64,000 nucleotides of DNA from positions 79,422,001 to 79,486,000 of the forward strand of contig NC_134469.1 of assembly GCF_964194025.1 (NCBI RefSeq), in the 5' to 3' direction. The notes under the pieces are model-generated. The model saw only the letters and a list, made by a program, of their open reading frames with translations. It was not told the DNA's origin and ran no database searches. The stretch's first letter is position 1. Each line of letters begins with the position of its first letter. The translations under genes and the position numbers were made by a program. The DNA comes from Convolutriloba macropyga. Taxonomy: Eukaryota. This document shows positions 1 to 14,700 of this stretch, piece by piece.

Positions 1-967
1 TTGTGCCTTATTTGGAACGCTTATAATGTGATATGAGAACTGTCAATAATGTGATAATGTGACAAAACTAGAGAACGTGAAAAATTGGCAAATATCTAAA
101 AACAAAAAAAAATCTGAAATCTAGTAGTATCAAAGCCAGAAAACAATAACTTCAGGCTTAAAACCGCAACCGAGACTGAACTTTAAATCAATAGAATGAA
201 GAAGCTTTCTTTCTTTGCTGACACTAAGCTAGAACTTGAACAAATTAAGAAAAAAAATAGAGGAAAAGTTAATTAAGCCATTATTTATTTAAAAATCAAT
301 TTTTTCTAAAAGTCCAAAAAGGACCATTCAAGTAAAAAAATAAGCTTGGAGCTGCTTAGGAAGCCAATTAGACCTATCACTCCTGAGCTTTGGTTTGATG
401 TGTTCTGTTCTTTATTATTTAAAAAAGGTCTTTTTTTTCAAAAAAGACCGACTGATTACAATCCGATTTCTTTTTGGATTGTAACAGTCCAAAATTGGCC
501 CAAAACTAGCCCTGCTAATGCCTTTTGTGCGCTAGGACAATTGAAATTTCGAGTGTTGTAGATATAGATAATTTGTTAGTTGAGAACTCAAAAATAAAAT
601 CAGCCTTTTTGATAATCAACGAATAAAGTTAGCAAAAAACGGCGAAGTTTTATTTACAGAGCACTCGCAGCGGACGCTGAAGCAGGAGTAGCCCTTTTTT
701 GAGTCTACAAAGGTTCTGTTGTTGTTGTTTGGGAGTGTACTGCCGGCTTTTCTAATCAAAGTGGGCTAAAGTAACTTTTTTCGCGCTGTTTTTGACGAAA
801 AAGGCTGAATTTTGAAAAATTTATCCAGAATTTTTTACCACAAAAATTCAATCAAAACAATCAACAATGCTTGTTTGTCTTTAAAAAAAAATCAACGACA
901 CTATTCTTAAAAATTTTAATAAATTTTAGCAAAATTGGCGAAATTTTAGTCAAAAATTCCGGAAAAT

Positions 968-1484
968 GTGAATAAAAACAATGTGAATTCACTAATTTTC
1001 TCAGAAGTTTAAACCTCGATAACTCCCTGTAGAAAACGGAAATTAAAAAAATCTTTTTAATTCCGTTTCCTACGCTGGACGCGCTTTCTGATGATACCAG
1101 TCTCAACTCTCTACGATGAATATATCGATCGGCGAATATTCACGGAACAAAAAACATATTTGAGTGTATAGTTCCTCCCCCCTCAAGAGGGTCGGAACAA
1201 TGATAATTGTATTTTAGATTTTTTTGTTTGATTCTTTTAAGTATCTTGTTGTTCCGACCCCACTTGTCGGGGGAGGAACTATATACTCAAATGGGTTTTT
1301 TTGTTCAGTCAATTTTGGCCGATCGATACATTCATCGTAGAGAAATGTGAGTGATATTAATATAAAACTCGTCCAGCGTAGAATTCAAAATTTGAAAAAT
1401 GTTTTTAAATTTCGTTTTATTTCAAGGAGTTGTTGAGTTTCAAAGTTTTGTAGGAACACGTGATATTTGCATGATTTTGTTCAC
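968..1484. repeat. About 520-bp imperfect palindrome (fold-back/MITE-like)
   Basis: tatagttcctcccc..ggggtcggaacaa / ttgttccgacccc..ggggaggaactata, ctctacgatgaat / attcatcgtagag, and ctacgctggacg / cgtccagcgtag. Centre near 1225. Confidence 0.88.
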
Positions 1485-1969
1485 GTTTAGCGTAATTTTT
1501 GTTCAAATAAAGGCTTTTCTATAAAAAATTTTATTTCAAAATTACTTTTCACGCTACAAAATGAAACAGTTTTGTGTTACCCGAAAACCGATAAAAAGGC
1601 TAGTTCTGGTCTCGTGAGAAAATTTACTATGAAAAATCCTCGAATTCAATTTGAGAGCTGTTTTTTTAAGAAAATGTTTCCTTTTTTTATTGTTTTTTTA
1701 GTCACTTAGAGAATAGTCATTTTCAAATCGAGGTTCTTTTAATGACAGCTTTCACTTACAGTTATTTGATAACCAATGAACAAAAGGTTCAACTTCAAGG
1801 AAACGCTCGTTTTTTTCGTCTTCGACTCGAAATTTTTAATGAAATTTTGATTTTCTTTTTGAGATGTAACTAAATTTTGGGAGCTCAAGGGCATAAACTC
1901 GCTATCTAAAAGTGCAATCGGATTTCTAGTGTGTATTAGGTAAACCTTTATAGTGCTCTGAGTGGACAG

Positions 1970-3540
1970 CTAATGGCTGTCAAGACTAAAAAAAATTTCA
2001 AAATTTTTTTGAACAATAAACAATATTAAACATTTTTTCATGAAAAGTAAGTCAGTTTTAGTATTGACAGGAGACAGGACCCCAGTCATTTTTACGGAAA
2101 TCAAAATTAGTCTGGTAAGCAGTTTCATCTGCTAACAATTGGTTTTCTGACTTCGATAACACGAATTTTTGTGCAATTTCAAAAGAACATCGGATTTCTT
2201 TTTAATTTTGGCTCCTTTTGAAACCTTATCTACTTATGTTCGCATTGGCAGTCCCCATTGGTTTCATAGAGACCTCTAATGGATCCTAGATAAAATTTTC
2301 AGAACAAAAAATTTGGTTTAAATGACTTTGACACTTTCTTCTCAAATATCCGCTGAATTTTTTTGTCTTTGCCTGTTTTTAACTCGTTTTCATAATCATG
2401 GGGCTTGTTGTGATGTCTTATTGCTGACATATTGATGGTAAACATCCTGTTCTGCGCATCGAGGCATAACATAGTGTATTTGTTTAACTTTCTTTGGAAG
2501 CTCTTGAATTTAATGGCTATTGAAACTTTAACAAATTATTTTTTAGAATTTTTTTGGACATTAACTAATCATAAACTTTTTTTTCGTGATCTTGAAGTTA
2601 GTATCAGTAATGACATGACCTCCTTACTTAATGCAATTAAATTGAATCTTGCTAATGGGTTTATCTTCTAACTACTGATTTTATGACTTCGAGGACTCGA
2701 GTTTTCATAGTTTTTTTTAATTTTTCGTATATATTTTTTGTAATTTTGTTCTCTTTGAATATTCATCAACCTAATATCGATAGTCCTCAGTGACTTAAGG
2801 GAGGCGTTCAATGGAACATGGATAAAGTTGCAGAGAAAAATTTTTGGTTTAAATGGCTGCGTCACTTTCTCGCACTTTTCCACTGATTTTTTGGTCTTTG
2901 CCTGCTATTGTTGTTGTTTTCATAATCATAAGACTTATTTTGATTACCTAAAAATGATAAACACTCCTATCTCCTCGTTGAGGCATAACGTTGCATTTAT
3001 TGACTTCCGTTGAGAGCTAATGATTTTAGTTGCTATTAGGACTTAAAAAAACATTTTCGAACACTAAGCATTATTAAAACATTTTTCATGAACTATAAGT
3101 TACTCTCAGTAATGACAGGACCACCCTCCTTTCTACCGCATCGGAAGCGATTTTATCTGCTAAAAATTTGTTTTATGACTTCGATATCACGAGTTCTCAT
3201 AATTTCAAACAAAAAGTTTCGGATTTTTTATTTGTAATTTTGGTTCCTTTTGACATTTTATCTCATTATCTTAATTTTGATAGTTCTCATTGGCTTATAA
3301 AAGACGTCCAAAGAATCATAGATAAAGAGTCCAGAGAAACGACTTTGGTTTAAACGGCTTTGACACTTGCTTCTCGGACTTTTGTTCTGAGTTTTCGGTT
3401 TTTGCATATTTTTAATGTTTTTTTTCATAACCATAAGACTTATTGTGATGTCTTGTTATTGACTTTTGATTGACAAACGTCCCTGCTTTCTCATTAAGGC
3501 TTAACTGAGCGTATTTGTAGTCTTCTAGTCAAAGCCATTG
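1970..3540. repeat. Old tandem repeat, three diverged units of about 500-545 bp
   Basis: Recurring tttggtttaaa.ggct..gacactt (about 2312, 2843, 3343), ttttcataatcat..gacttatt (about 2387, 2917, 3421) and cagtaatgaca (about 2060, 2605, 3108). Confidence 0.75.
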
Positions 3541-6378
3541 AAATTAACGGCGTTGATATAACGGGTTTTCTCAAAAATTTCGTGGTTTTATTATATTTGT
3601 TTACACTTGTTTTTATATTTGTTTTTGAAAGCATTTGTTAAAAATTAGAGGAACCCCATGTCCGCTAAAAGTTTATATAAGATTACGAATTTTTTACTAT
3701 TTTTTTTTCTTTTCACGGCTTCGACACTTTTCCTAGCTCGTTTTTTTAAATTTGCTGTTGTTTTTGAGTTTGATGTTGCCAATGCACTTAATTTATAGCA
3801 AATAGTAGTAAAGTTTACGATGCTGTTCGTTCTAAGAGTTTTTGTACTTTTCAGTTTTTGTTCTTTTCGTCAACTTGTAATATATTCTCATTGTTGTGAG
3901 TTTCCATCCAATTTTTGTTTAAATTCAAAAATTATTTTTCCATTGATATCACGTCGTAACGGATGTTTTGTTTGTTGGACAATAAGTGTTTTCATAAAAG
4001 TTTTGTGAGTGGTCAATATTTGTGTTTCTTTTTCTCTTATTTTATCATATTCACTGAAAAATTTTGATTTTTGCTTATTTTGTTGTTTTTTTTTCTCATA
4101 GTCTTTCTAATGGCAGATCTTGTGAGCGCTGTATTGAGACTTGGTATTATGCAACTCCTTTAGTAGTTCGATTTTGTAACGGTTGTTTAAGTTTCAAACG
4201 TTTTTTTGATTATCTCTTCATTAGGTTGACAATTAAGTCAAAAATGTAGATGAACTCGGGTCGGAACATGATGCCCGGGTCGGCGCACACCACATTAACG
4301 AGCATCCTTGTTTGTTTTTGATTTAAATTCTTTTCTAATAGAAAGAGTGTTTCTGTTCACCGTCGGAGATTTTAAGTTCATATTTTGATAATTTACAAAT
4401 GTTTCAAATCTTTGTTTTCTCATATCACTTTCTTTACAGGAGTATGTCTATGTAAATTTACAAAATTCCTAAGAGTAAATAACGGAATAGAAATGCTTTT
4501 CTTTTGAAGTTTCCTCAATTTGATTTTCTACTTTCTATATTGCCTTAAGTTTTTACTGTAAGCTATAAATTTATTTGCTCTGTTAGAAATTTTACTTTTT
4601 GTTTACACTTTTTCCGATTTTTGTTCGCAGTTGTTTTTGTTTAACATACTGCAGCTCTGTTAGTTTTTTTGTAGTGATAATTTGGATATAAATGGCTATA
4701 TAATTTTCATGGGATTTCCCCAGCCTATGTTTTAGCGGTGAAAGTTTTTTAAAGCTTTTGAGGTTTAATCTGTTTTCTTAGTTTTTCTCTTGATAAATTT
4801 AAATTCTTCAAGGGTTGGAATTCATTTTTAGAAATATTTGCAACAGTAGACAATTCTCTGTTGACTTGCAATGGGCCTCGTACTTTGGCAAAGTTTCCTT
4901 CGGGTTTTAGAGTTTGTTGGCGTTCTCTGATTTTCAAAGCCAGGTCTCTCGTGACAAATAGGAGCCCGATCAATTTTTAGCGGAACAGTATTTGTCCATC
5001 TTAAGGATTTCGGCTTTTTTCAACGTAATCAGGTTTGTTTTCGATAAAACAAAATATTTTTCTGCCTTCAGGATTTCAGTGTTTTTGTTGTCAGATTGTT
5101 TGATATCCGATTTAAAACGGTTTCTACCTGAGGTTCTCATTGCTGTTGTTTGCTCGCTTCAAAGATATCAACGCTCAGATGTTTCTGGTTGCAACAGGCG
5201 TTTAAATATTTGGCAAAATTTTTTTTTGGTAAAAATTTTTTTGGGATAATTTCATTGACAAATTTACGCACAAGCTACCCAAATCTACAGTTTTTTATAG
5301 ATGCCGACAGCAAAATGCAGTAGAAAGTTGACGATGTTTCATATGTTTGCGCACAGCAGATGTTGATATTGTTTCTAGTTAGCTCTCATCTGAGGGACAA
5401 AAAAAATGAAAAATAGTTTTCACAGATCTACTGGAACTGTTAACTGTTGGCCATTTGTTGAGGTTTGAAAGCTGAATTTTGCAATCGTTTTTCCGAAAAA
5501 GTGCGCGCAAAGATTGACGATAGAAAATGACAAATTTATTGTTGACATTAAGTTCAGAATTTTTCTCCGAATGCTTCGACGAAATGTCTAATAGGGGCCA
5601 TTTTCGGAACTATGGTCATAGAAATTTTCATGATTCAGTAGTGAAATATTATGAGACTCAGATCCGGGTTGTTCATTTTGCAGACAATGCGCTCATTCAT
5701 TGTTGTTTCTGCCTACCCAGCTCCACAGTCTCTGGAATTGACAAAACGCTTTCTGGCTATACCGTTTCTTATGAACGTTCTCGTTGAAATGCTGCATCTA
5801 GGGTATCTGTTTTTCAGATAATTAATACAAAAGTATGGTCCTCTTGTTTTTGTTTGACAAAGGATGCCTTCTTTGCCATCTATAGTTTCTCCTCTTGTAA
5901 GTTTTCGCTGCTAAGGTGAGCTAAGGTGAGCTAAGATGACCGCGCTAGTATACAAAACAGTGCCGTCTTTCACACTTTGACCTTTTGTCTTTCGATTTAA
6001 AAATGGTGTTATCGTCAGGAGATATATTGCGACACAAACTGACCGACAATACTAGCGAAATATTTGATATATAGATCGCATATAATGATCGAACTAGATT
6101 TAGAAATTGGTTGCTAGATTCCATTCATAGTGAGTATATATGTTCTCATAAAACAGCCAGAGAACAAAAGAACGTCTTTGAAGCCACAACAAAACATATG
6201 CATACAAAACGATGCTCTTGGCAACTACACACTGAACAAAAGTTGATATTTTGGTATAATTTTTTGAAGCTGCATATTTCTCATAGGTTTGATTAGTGCA
6301 GAGACAAATCAGTATTTTTATTCATGACGGACGCTTTTTTCTTTACTATTTTGTGATCTGAGAAAGTTTAATCAAAAA

Positions 6379-7630
6379 TTAAACAATCAGTAATGCTTTT
6401 GGACTCATTAAGGAGTTTTTTGCACGATTTTCTCGACCTTAGTTGAAAAGGCTCAGTGGTTTAACTTTATCATTGATTCTGATCAATGTTTCAAAAAAAA
6501 TTTTTTTTGAAATTTTAGTTTATCTGCAAATATATTTTCAGTTTATTAAATGTAAATCAGTTTTTTTGCAATGAATTTAGAAAACAAATTAGCGTAAATT
6601 TTTTAGCCAACTTTTTATGAAATTAGTTTTAAAAATGCGTTATAACTCTTGAAGATTCCATTGTCCTGTTCTATATCGCTGCATTTTCTGGATTCTCACA
6701 GCAAATTTCAGTATTCTGAGTTCACCTTCCTGTTACCGTATAGGAAAAGAAAGAATCAAATTTAATTTTTTTCTCGCTTAAAGTTTTTGTATCAAATAAA
6801 AAACAAGACCTCCAAAATTCTTCTTTTTTATTAGCTAATTTTGTTTGATGTGAAATAAAAAATGACACAGCCTGTTTTGAATTGCTTTCAAATAAAAAAG
6901 GCCAATCGAAGTTTTTTGTAATTTGGTTTTTAGATTGATATATGCCAAATTGCAAAGAAAATTTGAGTGCTTCTGTTAACCAGAAACACTGTGAGGTTCT
7001 CATTGATGTCGCGTTTTGATCAATTTGGAGATCGTTAGAAGTGTATTGGCTGCATTGTTTGGAAAACAAGGATTCTAATGGTTGATAAACCATCATAAGA
7101 AAGCAATACGACAAAAGATTGGGGGAAAGTTTGCAAGTTTTTCCAAAGCAGAAGCTGCGTATTTCTCAATAGGCTCTCTATCCTAATTTTGATTTGAGAT
7201 ACATTGGTTAAACAATTAGATATGCTTTTGGGCTCATTAAAAAGCGTTTGCAGAATTTTCTTGACTTTATTTGTTAAATGCAAAGCGATTCAACTTTATT
7301 ATTGATTCTGAGCAAAATTTCCACAATATAATTTTTTTGCTTTTTCCTGCAAAAAATTTTTAATTAATTTAATGTAAATCAGTTCACTGCAATCAACTTA
7401 GAATAGAAACCAGCAAATCACGTTAAATTTTTGAACGTCCTAAATTTAAGTCAACACTTCATGAGATTGATTTTAAAAATGTGGGAATAATTCTTGAAAA
7501 TTTTAATAATGCCGTGGTCTTTAGCGCCACGTTTTCCGGAGTCTTAATATAAATTTGGGTATTCAGAAACATCTTCCGATTACCGCTTTGAAAGATAAAG
7601 AATCAAATTTAGTTTTCTCTGTCTAAAAAG
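6379..7630. repeat. Diverged direct repeat, about 420 bp at 6379-6790 and 7208-7630
   Basis: ttaaacaat.ag..atgcttttgg.ctcattaa, aactttat.attgattctga, aatgtaaatcagtt and aaagaatcaaattta occur in both. Confidence 0.75.
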
Positions 7631-9120
7631 AAGTTGAAATCACTACACTTTGTTCCAAATGGACAAACTTCTCTGAAACTTGTTTAAGAAATTTTAAAAC
7701 TTTTTAAAAAAGTTTTATGAAACTTTTTTAAAAAGTTTCATAAAACTTTTTTAAAACTGAAATTGTTCGTGTAGCTGAAATTGTTCGAAAATCATTCGGA
7801 TGCAGAATCTTAGCAAGCTGCTGAATGATGACTTCAATGTCATCAGAACTTTTTAGATCGAATATGCAACCACGCCAACACATTGTCTCATACAAAATAT
7901 TAGCCAACAAAATCTAAACTGAAAATTCTTATCTCAAAATTAATATAAATCGAATGAGCCCAAAAATTGCATACCTATTTTCAATTTTTTGTTTTCATCT
8001 TTTTGCATTGAAATTTGCATATCGGACTTTATTGATACTATGAGCGGTATTTTATTTGTATTAACTCTCAAATGACTAAATGGCTGGATATTGGAAAGTT
8101 TTCTACGAAATGTTTTACTGAAAACATAAAAAATCTTTCAAGAAAAGATAACTTTACTTATCCAGTTAGGCTTAATTTTCCTACCCACCAAATATACTTT
8201 TCTTGTGCTATTAATTGGTTTCCTTTATGTCTCTAAGCTTTTCCAAAGAAAGTTGGACAGTTTGCAGAAAAAGCTTATCTTTAATAGCTTTGAAAGGATG
8301 TGAAGCTTCTGTCCAAATTTATTCTCCGGTAGCTACAGGGATCATTCAAGAGTTCAGAGTTGCTAATTTCCTTTTTTAACAATTCAGCATTTGACAGTTT
8401 CAGCTGTTTAGAACATTTCAGTAAAATACGAAAGTTTTTGTTTTATGTTCACTTTGAAGTTCTAAGTTGCTGAATTTGAAACCTATAAATAAGTTGAAAA
8501 TTAAAGTAAATATGATTAATTCTTTTTGCAGATCTCAGGAAGAGTTTTCTGAAACATTTTGCTCAAAAGTGGTACATTTTGATTTAATTTTCTAGATTTT
8601 CGCATTTCCGGTATCACAATATGTGAATGTTTGCAAACTAGAACAGCTACGGATTTTGTCAACTTCGATACAAAAAATGCAAAATTAAAAGATGTAAGAA
8701 CGATTTAAAATGATGCTTCAAAACAGAATTGAGAGGGGTTTGAATCAGTCGGAGTAGAAAAAAGTAGCAAAAAGTAGAACTGGAAAAACCAATCTTTCAC
8801 TTCAACAAGAGGTTTTCCAAAGTAACAAATCAGGTCGCTTTTAAATGCTTCAGTGATAAATAATTGACATGCAATAACTTTCATCACTCGAGTTTTTCTG
8901 ATGTTCGAAATCAACGTTTTCAGTCTTCGAATTGATAACACTGCTGAATTTTGTCCAAAAATAGGTAGGTTTATTTTTAGGACTGCTGGGTCTATTTTTA
9001 GGAAATAAATCACCACGGAACAAACACCCCACGTAATTTTAGATAGGAAAGAAACCCCGAAGAAAAAAAACGCCCCCCAAAAAAAATTGAAATTTTAGTC
9101 ATGATAATTTGCTCGGTTGT

Positions 9121-9907
9121 AATAGTTTCATATCAAGTCCCACGGGCCTCTAAGGCATGGCCATGACTCGCGACGCATGGCCAAACGCACTAAATGCACA
9201 GCTCTTTAATAGTCAACTGGGGGTTTATTTCCGTCGGGTTTTACAACTGCAGTGAAATACTAAAAGGACAATGAGACCACATAAGTTATTGAAACAAAAT
9301 TGGTTCTCCTTCAACTGATATAGACTTTTCTACTTTAAACATTGGCTCACACAACTTTAACTTAGAGTAGGATACTCTTTTTATCTAAACTTTCCTATTA
9401 TAGTAGCAAAAGTTAATATGGGAGAAATCATTTGAGGCTAGGATAACTCACGAGTGACATTGAACAAAAATTGCGTTCACATTAAAACAGTAAAACACCA
9501 GTCTAAAATCAAACCAACTACAACAAAATCACTAAACGCACAAAAAGGCAAATACGTTTTTTTGTTCGCAAAAAGCAAATAATTAGCAAATTGTTAAAAT
9601 TTAATAAACGATACACCCATTTGCTAGTGTTGAAAAAAAATCAAAGACAGCTATAATGGCTAGCAATTTGCAAAATAACTCATCCGAAATTCAAGAAGCC
9701 ATTTAGAAAAATAAAACAACCAGCCATAGTCGCACGATTTGCTTTGTTTTGAGTTAAAGGTTTCCAAAAGTGTCAGCACAAAATACCCTAAAAATTCATG
9801 ATCTGTTTAGGCATAATTAGCAAAATTTAAAAGAATAATTTATTCGGGCATGCTTCGCGGGCCGTGGAGCCGCGGCAGCGACCAGTGGGACTGGATATAA
9901 AACTACC
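9121..9907. mobile_element. Possible old MITE bounded by imperfect 22-bp inverted repeats
   Basis: atagtttcatatcaagtcccac (9122) vs gtgggactggatataaaactac (9885-9906). Confidence 0.35.
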
Positions 9908-10735
9908 AGAGCCGAAGATGAGATCAAAATTATCTCTGAGATCTAAGTATGAAGAATTGTGATAAAAAGTGAGATCTAAGTGTAATAAATAATGAGATCT
10001 AAGTTTGATAGAAATCATACTTTTAATACTAGCTACTAATTTTGATTGGATCATTCAACGAACAGATCGAAGGGAATCAAATGGGTTCTACGTTATAGGG
10101 TATTTTGGCATAGTTAAATTTTGGCATAATTTTGAGTGTAAGTTTCCGATCATTATTGATCCTAATTCCGCTCTATTAAACAGGCTTTCGAGAATTAGTC
10201 TCGAACAACAGGCTGTAACCGACTTTATATTAGCAACAAGCTTTACTTCGGAGTGAGCACTAGAGATCACTCAAAAATGAATAACGAAAGCGTGAAAAAG
10301 TCAATCGAGAATGTTCTAGAAGAAAAGCGCAAAAAGGTCAAGCAAAAAATTTGCAAAAAAAGACCAACACGTTTACAATAATTGCTATGAACTTTGTTCA
10401 AGAGCAATTAAAAACGTGAAACAGTCACTCGAGAAGTGAAATCGAAAGAATGTTGTAACAGGAAACGGTCAAGCAAAAATTTTGCATAAGACACACTTTT
10501 ACAATAATTGCTTCAAACTTCGTTCGAGAGCAATTAATAACGTCAATTGGCTTCTAGGCTTCACTCAATTTGTAGATTCTCAACTTCCTTTTCCGCGTAC
10601 ATCATACTCATCTCCACAACTGCGAAAAACACTTAACACTGAAGAGTCAAATTTGCATAAGTTTTTCAACAACTTCACAAAACTGATAAACAAAGTTGAC
10701 TTGTTTCAGAGTTAATGAGAAGTGAAATTGTTCGT

Positions 10736-11071
10736 TCACTTCTTCTTCTTCGCCTGCAGATATTTCTTAACATTCTTCATTTCCTCTTGTAGATAAGCTC
10801 GCAGGATTTTGTTCTGTACAGCTCTACAACACAAGACACCTCCATAAGGCCGGGAAATGGTTCGGTGCTTTTTGGCAATTCTCGACTTCTCTCCGGGTCT
10901 GGCTGGCTTGATTCCGTGCAGCTTCTGCTTGGTCGCTGCACACCTGGGCACTCGGCCCATTTTGTTTCGGTGTAGGTAGACGAGTTTGTTACCGGGAGTC
11001 TTCACCAGTCGCCTCTTGTTGGACTTAGTGTTGTAAGTGTTCTGTCGTCGGTAACAGAGTCGTTGCACCAT
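10736..11071 (-). CDS. RPL34: 60S ribosomal protein L34 (eL34), intronless CDS, 111 aa
   Basis: MVQRLCYRRQNTYNTKSNKRRLVKTPGNKLVY...LHGI...ISRPYGGVLC...ILRAYLQEE matches the conserved eL34 sequence. Acceptor tttttcAG lies 11 nt before the ATG. Confidence 0.97.
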   Translation of the reverse strand: MVQRLCYRRQNTYNTKSNKRRLVKTPGNKLVYLHRNKMGRVPRCAATKQKLHGIKPARPGEKSRIAKKHRTISRPYGGVLCCRAVQNKILRAYLQEEMKNVKKYLQAKKKK

Positions 11072-11755
11072 TTTGAATCAATCTGAAAAAGGTGTTAACG
11101 TTATTATTCAACATTTACATCCTTGTTCAGCACGCTTTTTTCAGCGTTTTATTACTCTTGTTGACCCTGAAATCTGATACGTATTATGATTGCTTAGGTC
11201 AAGGTCACCACCATGTGCAAAACAAGACTCCTACTTTCTGAGGGGCAGGATATTTATTAGTGGATTGAATAGAAAAAGTTACTAACTAGTATCAAAAGCA
11301 GTAGTCTAATGTGCTCGAATTTAGATTGTGCGCGGTTTTTTCCATGTCAACTATCTAATAATATTGATAGATAATTTTGACCTAATAGGCAGCAGTATTA
11401 ATGGCATTTTGTCGTTAGTTTTTGTTCACATTTCCAGTAGATAAACGACTGCAAAATCACGAATATTTGAAAATTAATTAATATTCAGTCATGTCAACTA
11501 CGAAAGAACTTGGGAAAATATCAGACTTCAAACGCTAAAGAAAAATGTAGTACAAAGACATTTTCAACTATATTTTAACGACTATTTAGAATAAACTCCG
11601 AACATCATATGCAAGAAATCAGAGTTTCAACTTAAAAGACAGCACCATTCGTAGATGAAATTATACACGTCCAAATTTGAGACAATCACTTCCGTATCCA
11701 CTCCAAAGGTTCCTCAGAACAACTTCTCACAGCCTATTCACTCTTGTACATCTTC

Positions 11756-14700
11756 AAGCCTCTCGAAGGCGGGCATTGAGTGCTTCCCCCAAATGGTCAG
11801 ACTCCGGTCAATTCTCGGTGAAAGCTTTTGAGTAGAGACTACCTTCTTCGTGACCTTTCCCATCTTCCGGCGTTGGAGTTGCATTGCAGTTTGAAGCTGA
11901 CTCAAGTTTCCTCTTTTTGAAAGGATTCATGCCTACAATAGACTTGGGAGGTTCTGGAGTTTTCGGCGGAAATGAAGAAGAGGTGGATTGATTGCCATCT
12001 TCATCACTGTCGGCGTCTTCAGCTTTGGCACCTTTGACAAATTTTTTCGGTACTCCTCGTAACTCGACTAGGTTCTCAACTTTGAGTCCGTCAGCAAGTT
12101 CTTTTACTCTTTCAATTGTAGCTTTTGGATACCTTAAACATAGAGGTCACTTAATGATACCTGATAGACAATAAAAATAATTTTTAATGTCTCAAGGCTG
12201 CTTTTACTCTTTCCCAGTACAAGGACAAAATATAAAACATACGACTAACGTCGGACAAAATGCTCTCGAACCACTGGTGGGGACTCAATTATATTATAGC
12301 CTACTGCAGTCAGGCGGTGGATATGACTTTCAGTTGCAATAAATTCACCAAGGGGTTTCAAATCACGCCATCAGAAGTTATCAAAGACCTCAACATTTCA
12401 AGTGAAAAAATGAAACCAATTTTGGGGTAATTTTCGGTTGACGTTTATTTGTAAACCGCCGTATATTGTGTTCAGCTGTTCAAAACTGTGAATGAAACAG
12501 TATTTTAGATCACGTAAAACTCGGAATGTCAACGATATAATTGTCACCTGAGAATTCAAAAACAGGCAAAAATTTTGAATAAAAGCTTCGAAGATTTAGA
12601 TTACAGATACAAATAACATTTAACCATTGCTTCGCCCAGAAAAAAATAGTTGTTACTGCAAAAGCACCAACTATAGGAGCAAAAATAACGAAAACATAGC
12701 TCGCAGATTGCCAAAAAACAGCCGCAATAGCTTCGTAGATCTGCAAAAGATAGTAAAGAAACAGACCAAAAGAAGTTTCTATTAAATAATGAGATGTTAT
12801 ATTTTAATAATGATTTTGTTTATATTATTGCTGCTTCTAATAGCTGCTCTCGAATACCTTTCAATTAAAGTGACACTAAATCACTTGACCTTATCTCTTT
12901 GCAATAAAGCAAAACAGTCAATTTCAAAGTGAGGAAGTCATTTTTGAGAGCGAGGTAAGCCTCTCGAAGGCGGGCATTGAGTGCTTCCCCCAAATGGTCA
13001 GACTCCGGTCAATTCTCGGTGAAAGCTTTTGAGTAGAGACTACCTTCTTCGTGACCTTTCCCATCTTCCGGCGTTGGAGTTGCATTGCAGTTTGAAGCTG
13101 ACTCAAGTTTCCTCTTTTTGAAAGGATTCATGCCTACAATAGACTTGGGAGGTTCTGGAGTTTTCGGCGGAAATGAAGAAGAGGTGGATTGATTGCCATC
13201 TTCATCACTGTCGGCGTCTTCAGCTTTGGCACCTTTGACAAATTTTTTCGGTACTCCTCGTAACTCGACTAGGTTCTCAACTTTGAGTCCGTCAGCAAGT
13301 TCTTTTACTCTTTCAATTGTAGCTTTTGGATACCTTAAACATAGAGGTCACTTAATGATACCTGATAGACAATAAAAATAATTTTTAATGTCTCAAGGCT
13401 GCTTTTACTCTTTCCCAGTACAAGGACAAAATATAAAACATACGACTAACGTCGGACAAAATGCTCTCGAACCACTGGTGGGGACTCAATTATATTATAG
13501 CCTACTGCAGTCAGGCGGTGGATATGACTTTCAGTTGCAATAAATTCACCAAGGGGTTTCAAATCACGCCATCAGAAGTTATCAAAGACCTCAACATTTC
13601 AAGTGAAAAAATGAAACCAATTTTGGGGTAATTTTCGGTTGACGTTTATTTGTAAACCGCCGTATATTGTGTTCAGCTGTTCAAAACTGTGAATGAAACA
13701 GTATTTTAGATCACGTAAAACTCGGAATGTCAACGATATAATTGTCACCTGAGAATTCAAAAACAGGCAAAAATTTTGAATAAAAGCTTCGAAGATTTAG
13801 ATTACAGATACAAATAACATTTAACCATTGCTTCGCCCAGAAAAAAATAGTTGTTACTGCAAAAGCACCAACTATAGGAGCAAAAATAACGAAAACATAG
13901 CTCGCAGATTGCCAAAAAACAGCCGCAATAGCTTCGTAGATCTGCAAAAGATAGTAAAGAAACAGACCAAAAGAAGTTTCTATTAAATAATGAGATGTTA
14001 TATTTTAATAATGATTTTGTTTATATTATTGCTGCTTCTAATAGCTGCTCTCGAATACCTTTCAATTAAAGTGACACTAAATCACTTGACCTTATCTCTT
14101 TGCAATAAAGCAAAACAGTCAATTTCAAAGTGAGGAAGTCATTTTTGAGAGCGAGGTAAGCCTCTCGAAGGCGGGCATTGAGTGCTTCCCCCAAATGGTC
14201 AGACTCCGGTCAATTCTCGGTGAAAGCTTTTGAGTAGAGACTACCTTCTTCGTGACCTTTCCCATCTTCCGGCGTTGGAGTTGCATTGCAGTTTGAAGCT
14301 GACTCAAGTTTCCTCTTTTTGAAAGGATTCATGCCTACAATAGACTTGGGAGGTTCTGGAGTTTTCGGCGGAAATGAAGAAGAGGTGGATTGATTGCCAT
14401 CTTCATCACTGTCGGCGTCTTCCGCTTTGGCACCTTTGACAAATTTTTTCGGTACTCCTCGTAACTCGACTAGGTTCTCAACTTTGAGTCCGTCAGCAAG
14501 TTCTTTTACTCTTTCAATTGTAGCTTTTGGATACCTTAAACATAGAGGTCACTTAATGATACCTGATAGACAATAAAAATAATTTTGAATATCTCAAGGC
14601 TGCTTTTACTCTTTCCCAGTACAAGGACAAAATATAAAACATACGACTAACGTCGGACAAAATGCTCTCGAACCACTGTGGGGACTCAATTATATTATAG

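Noticed and set aside
1-10700. Short ORFs in the left 10 kb
   Set aside because: F/L/K/I-rich translations typical of AT-rich non-coding and decayed repeat DNA; no motifs or coherent exon chains found.
11100-11270. snoRNA upstream of RPL34 (ttgacc...ggtcaa stem)
   Set aside because: No properly placed C/D or H/ACA boxes on the transcribed strand.
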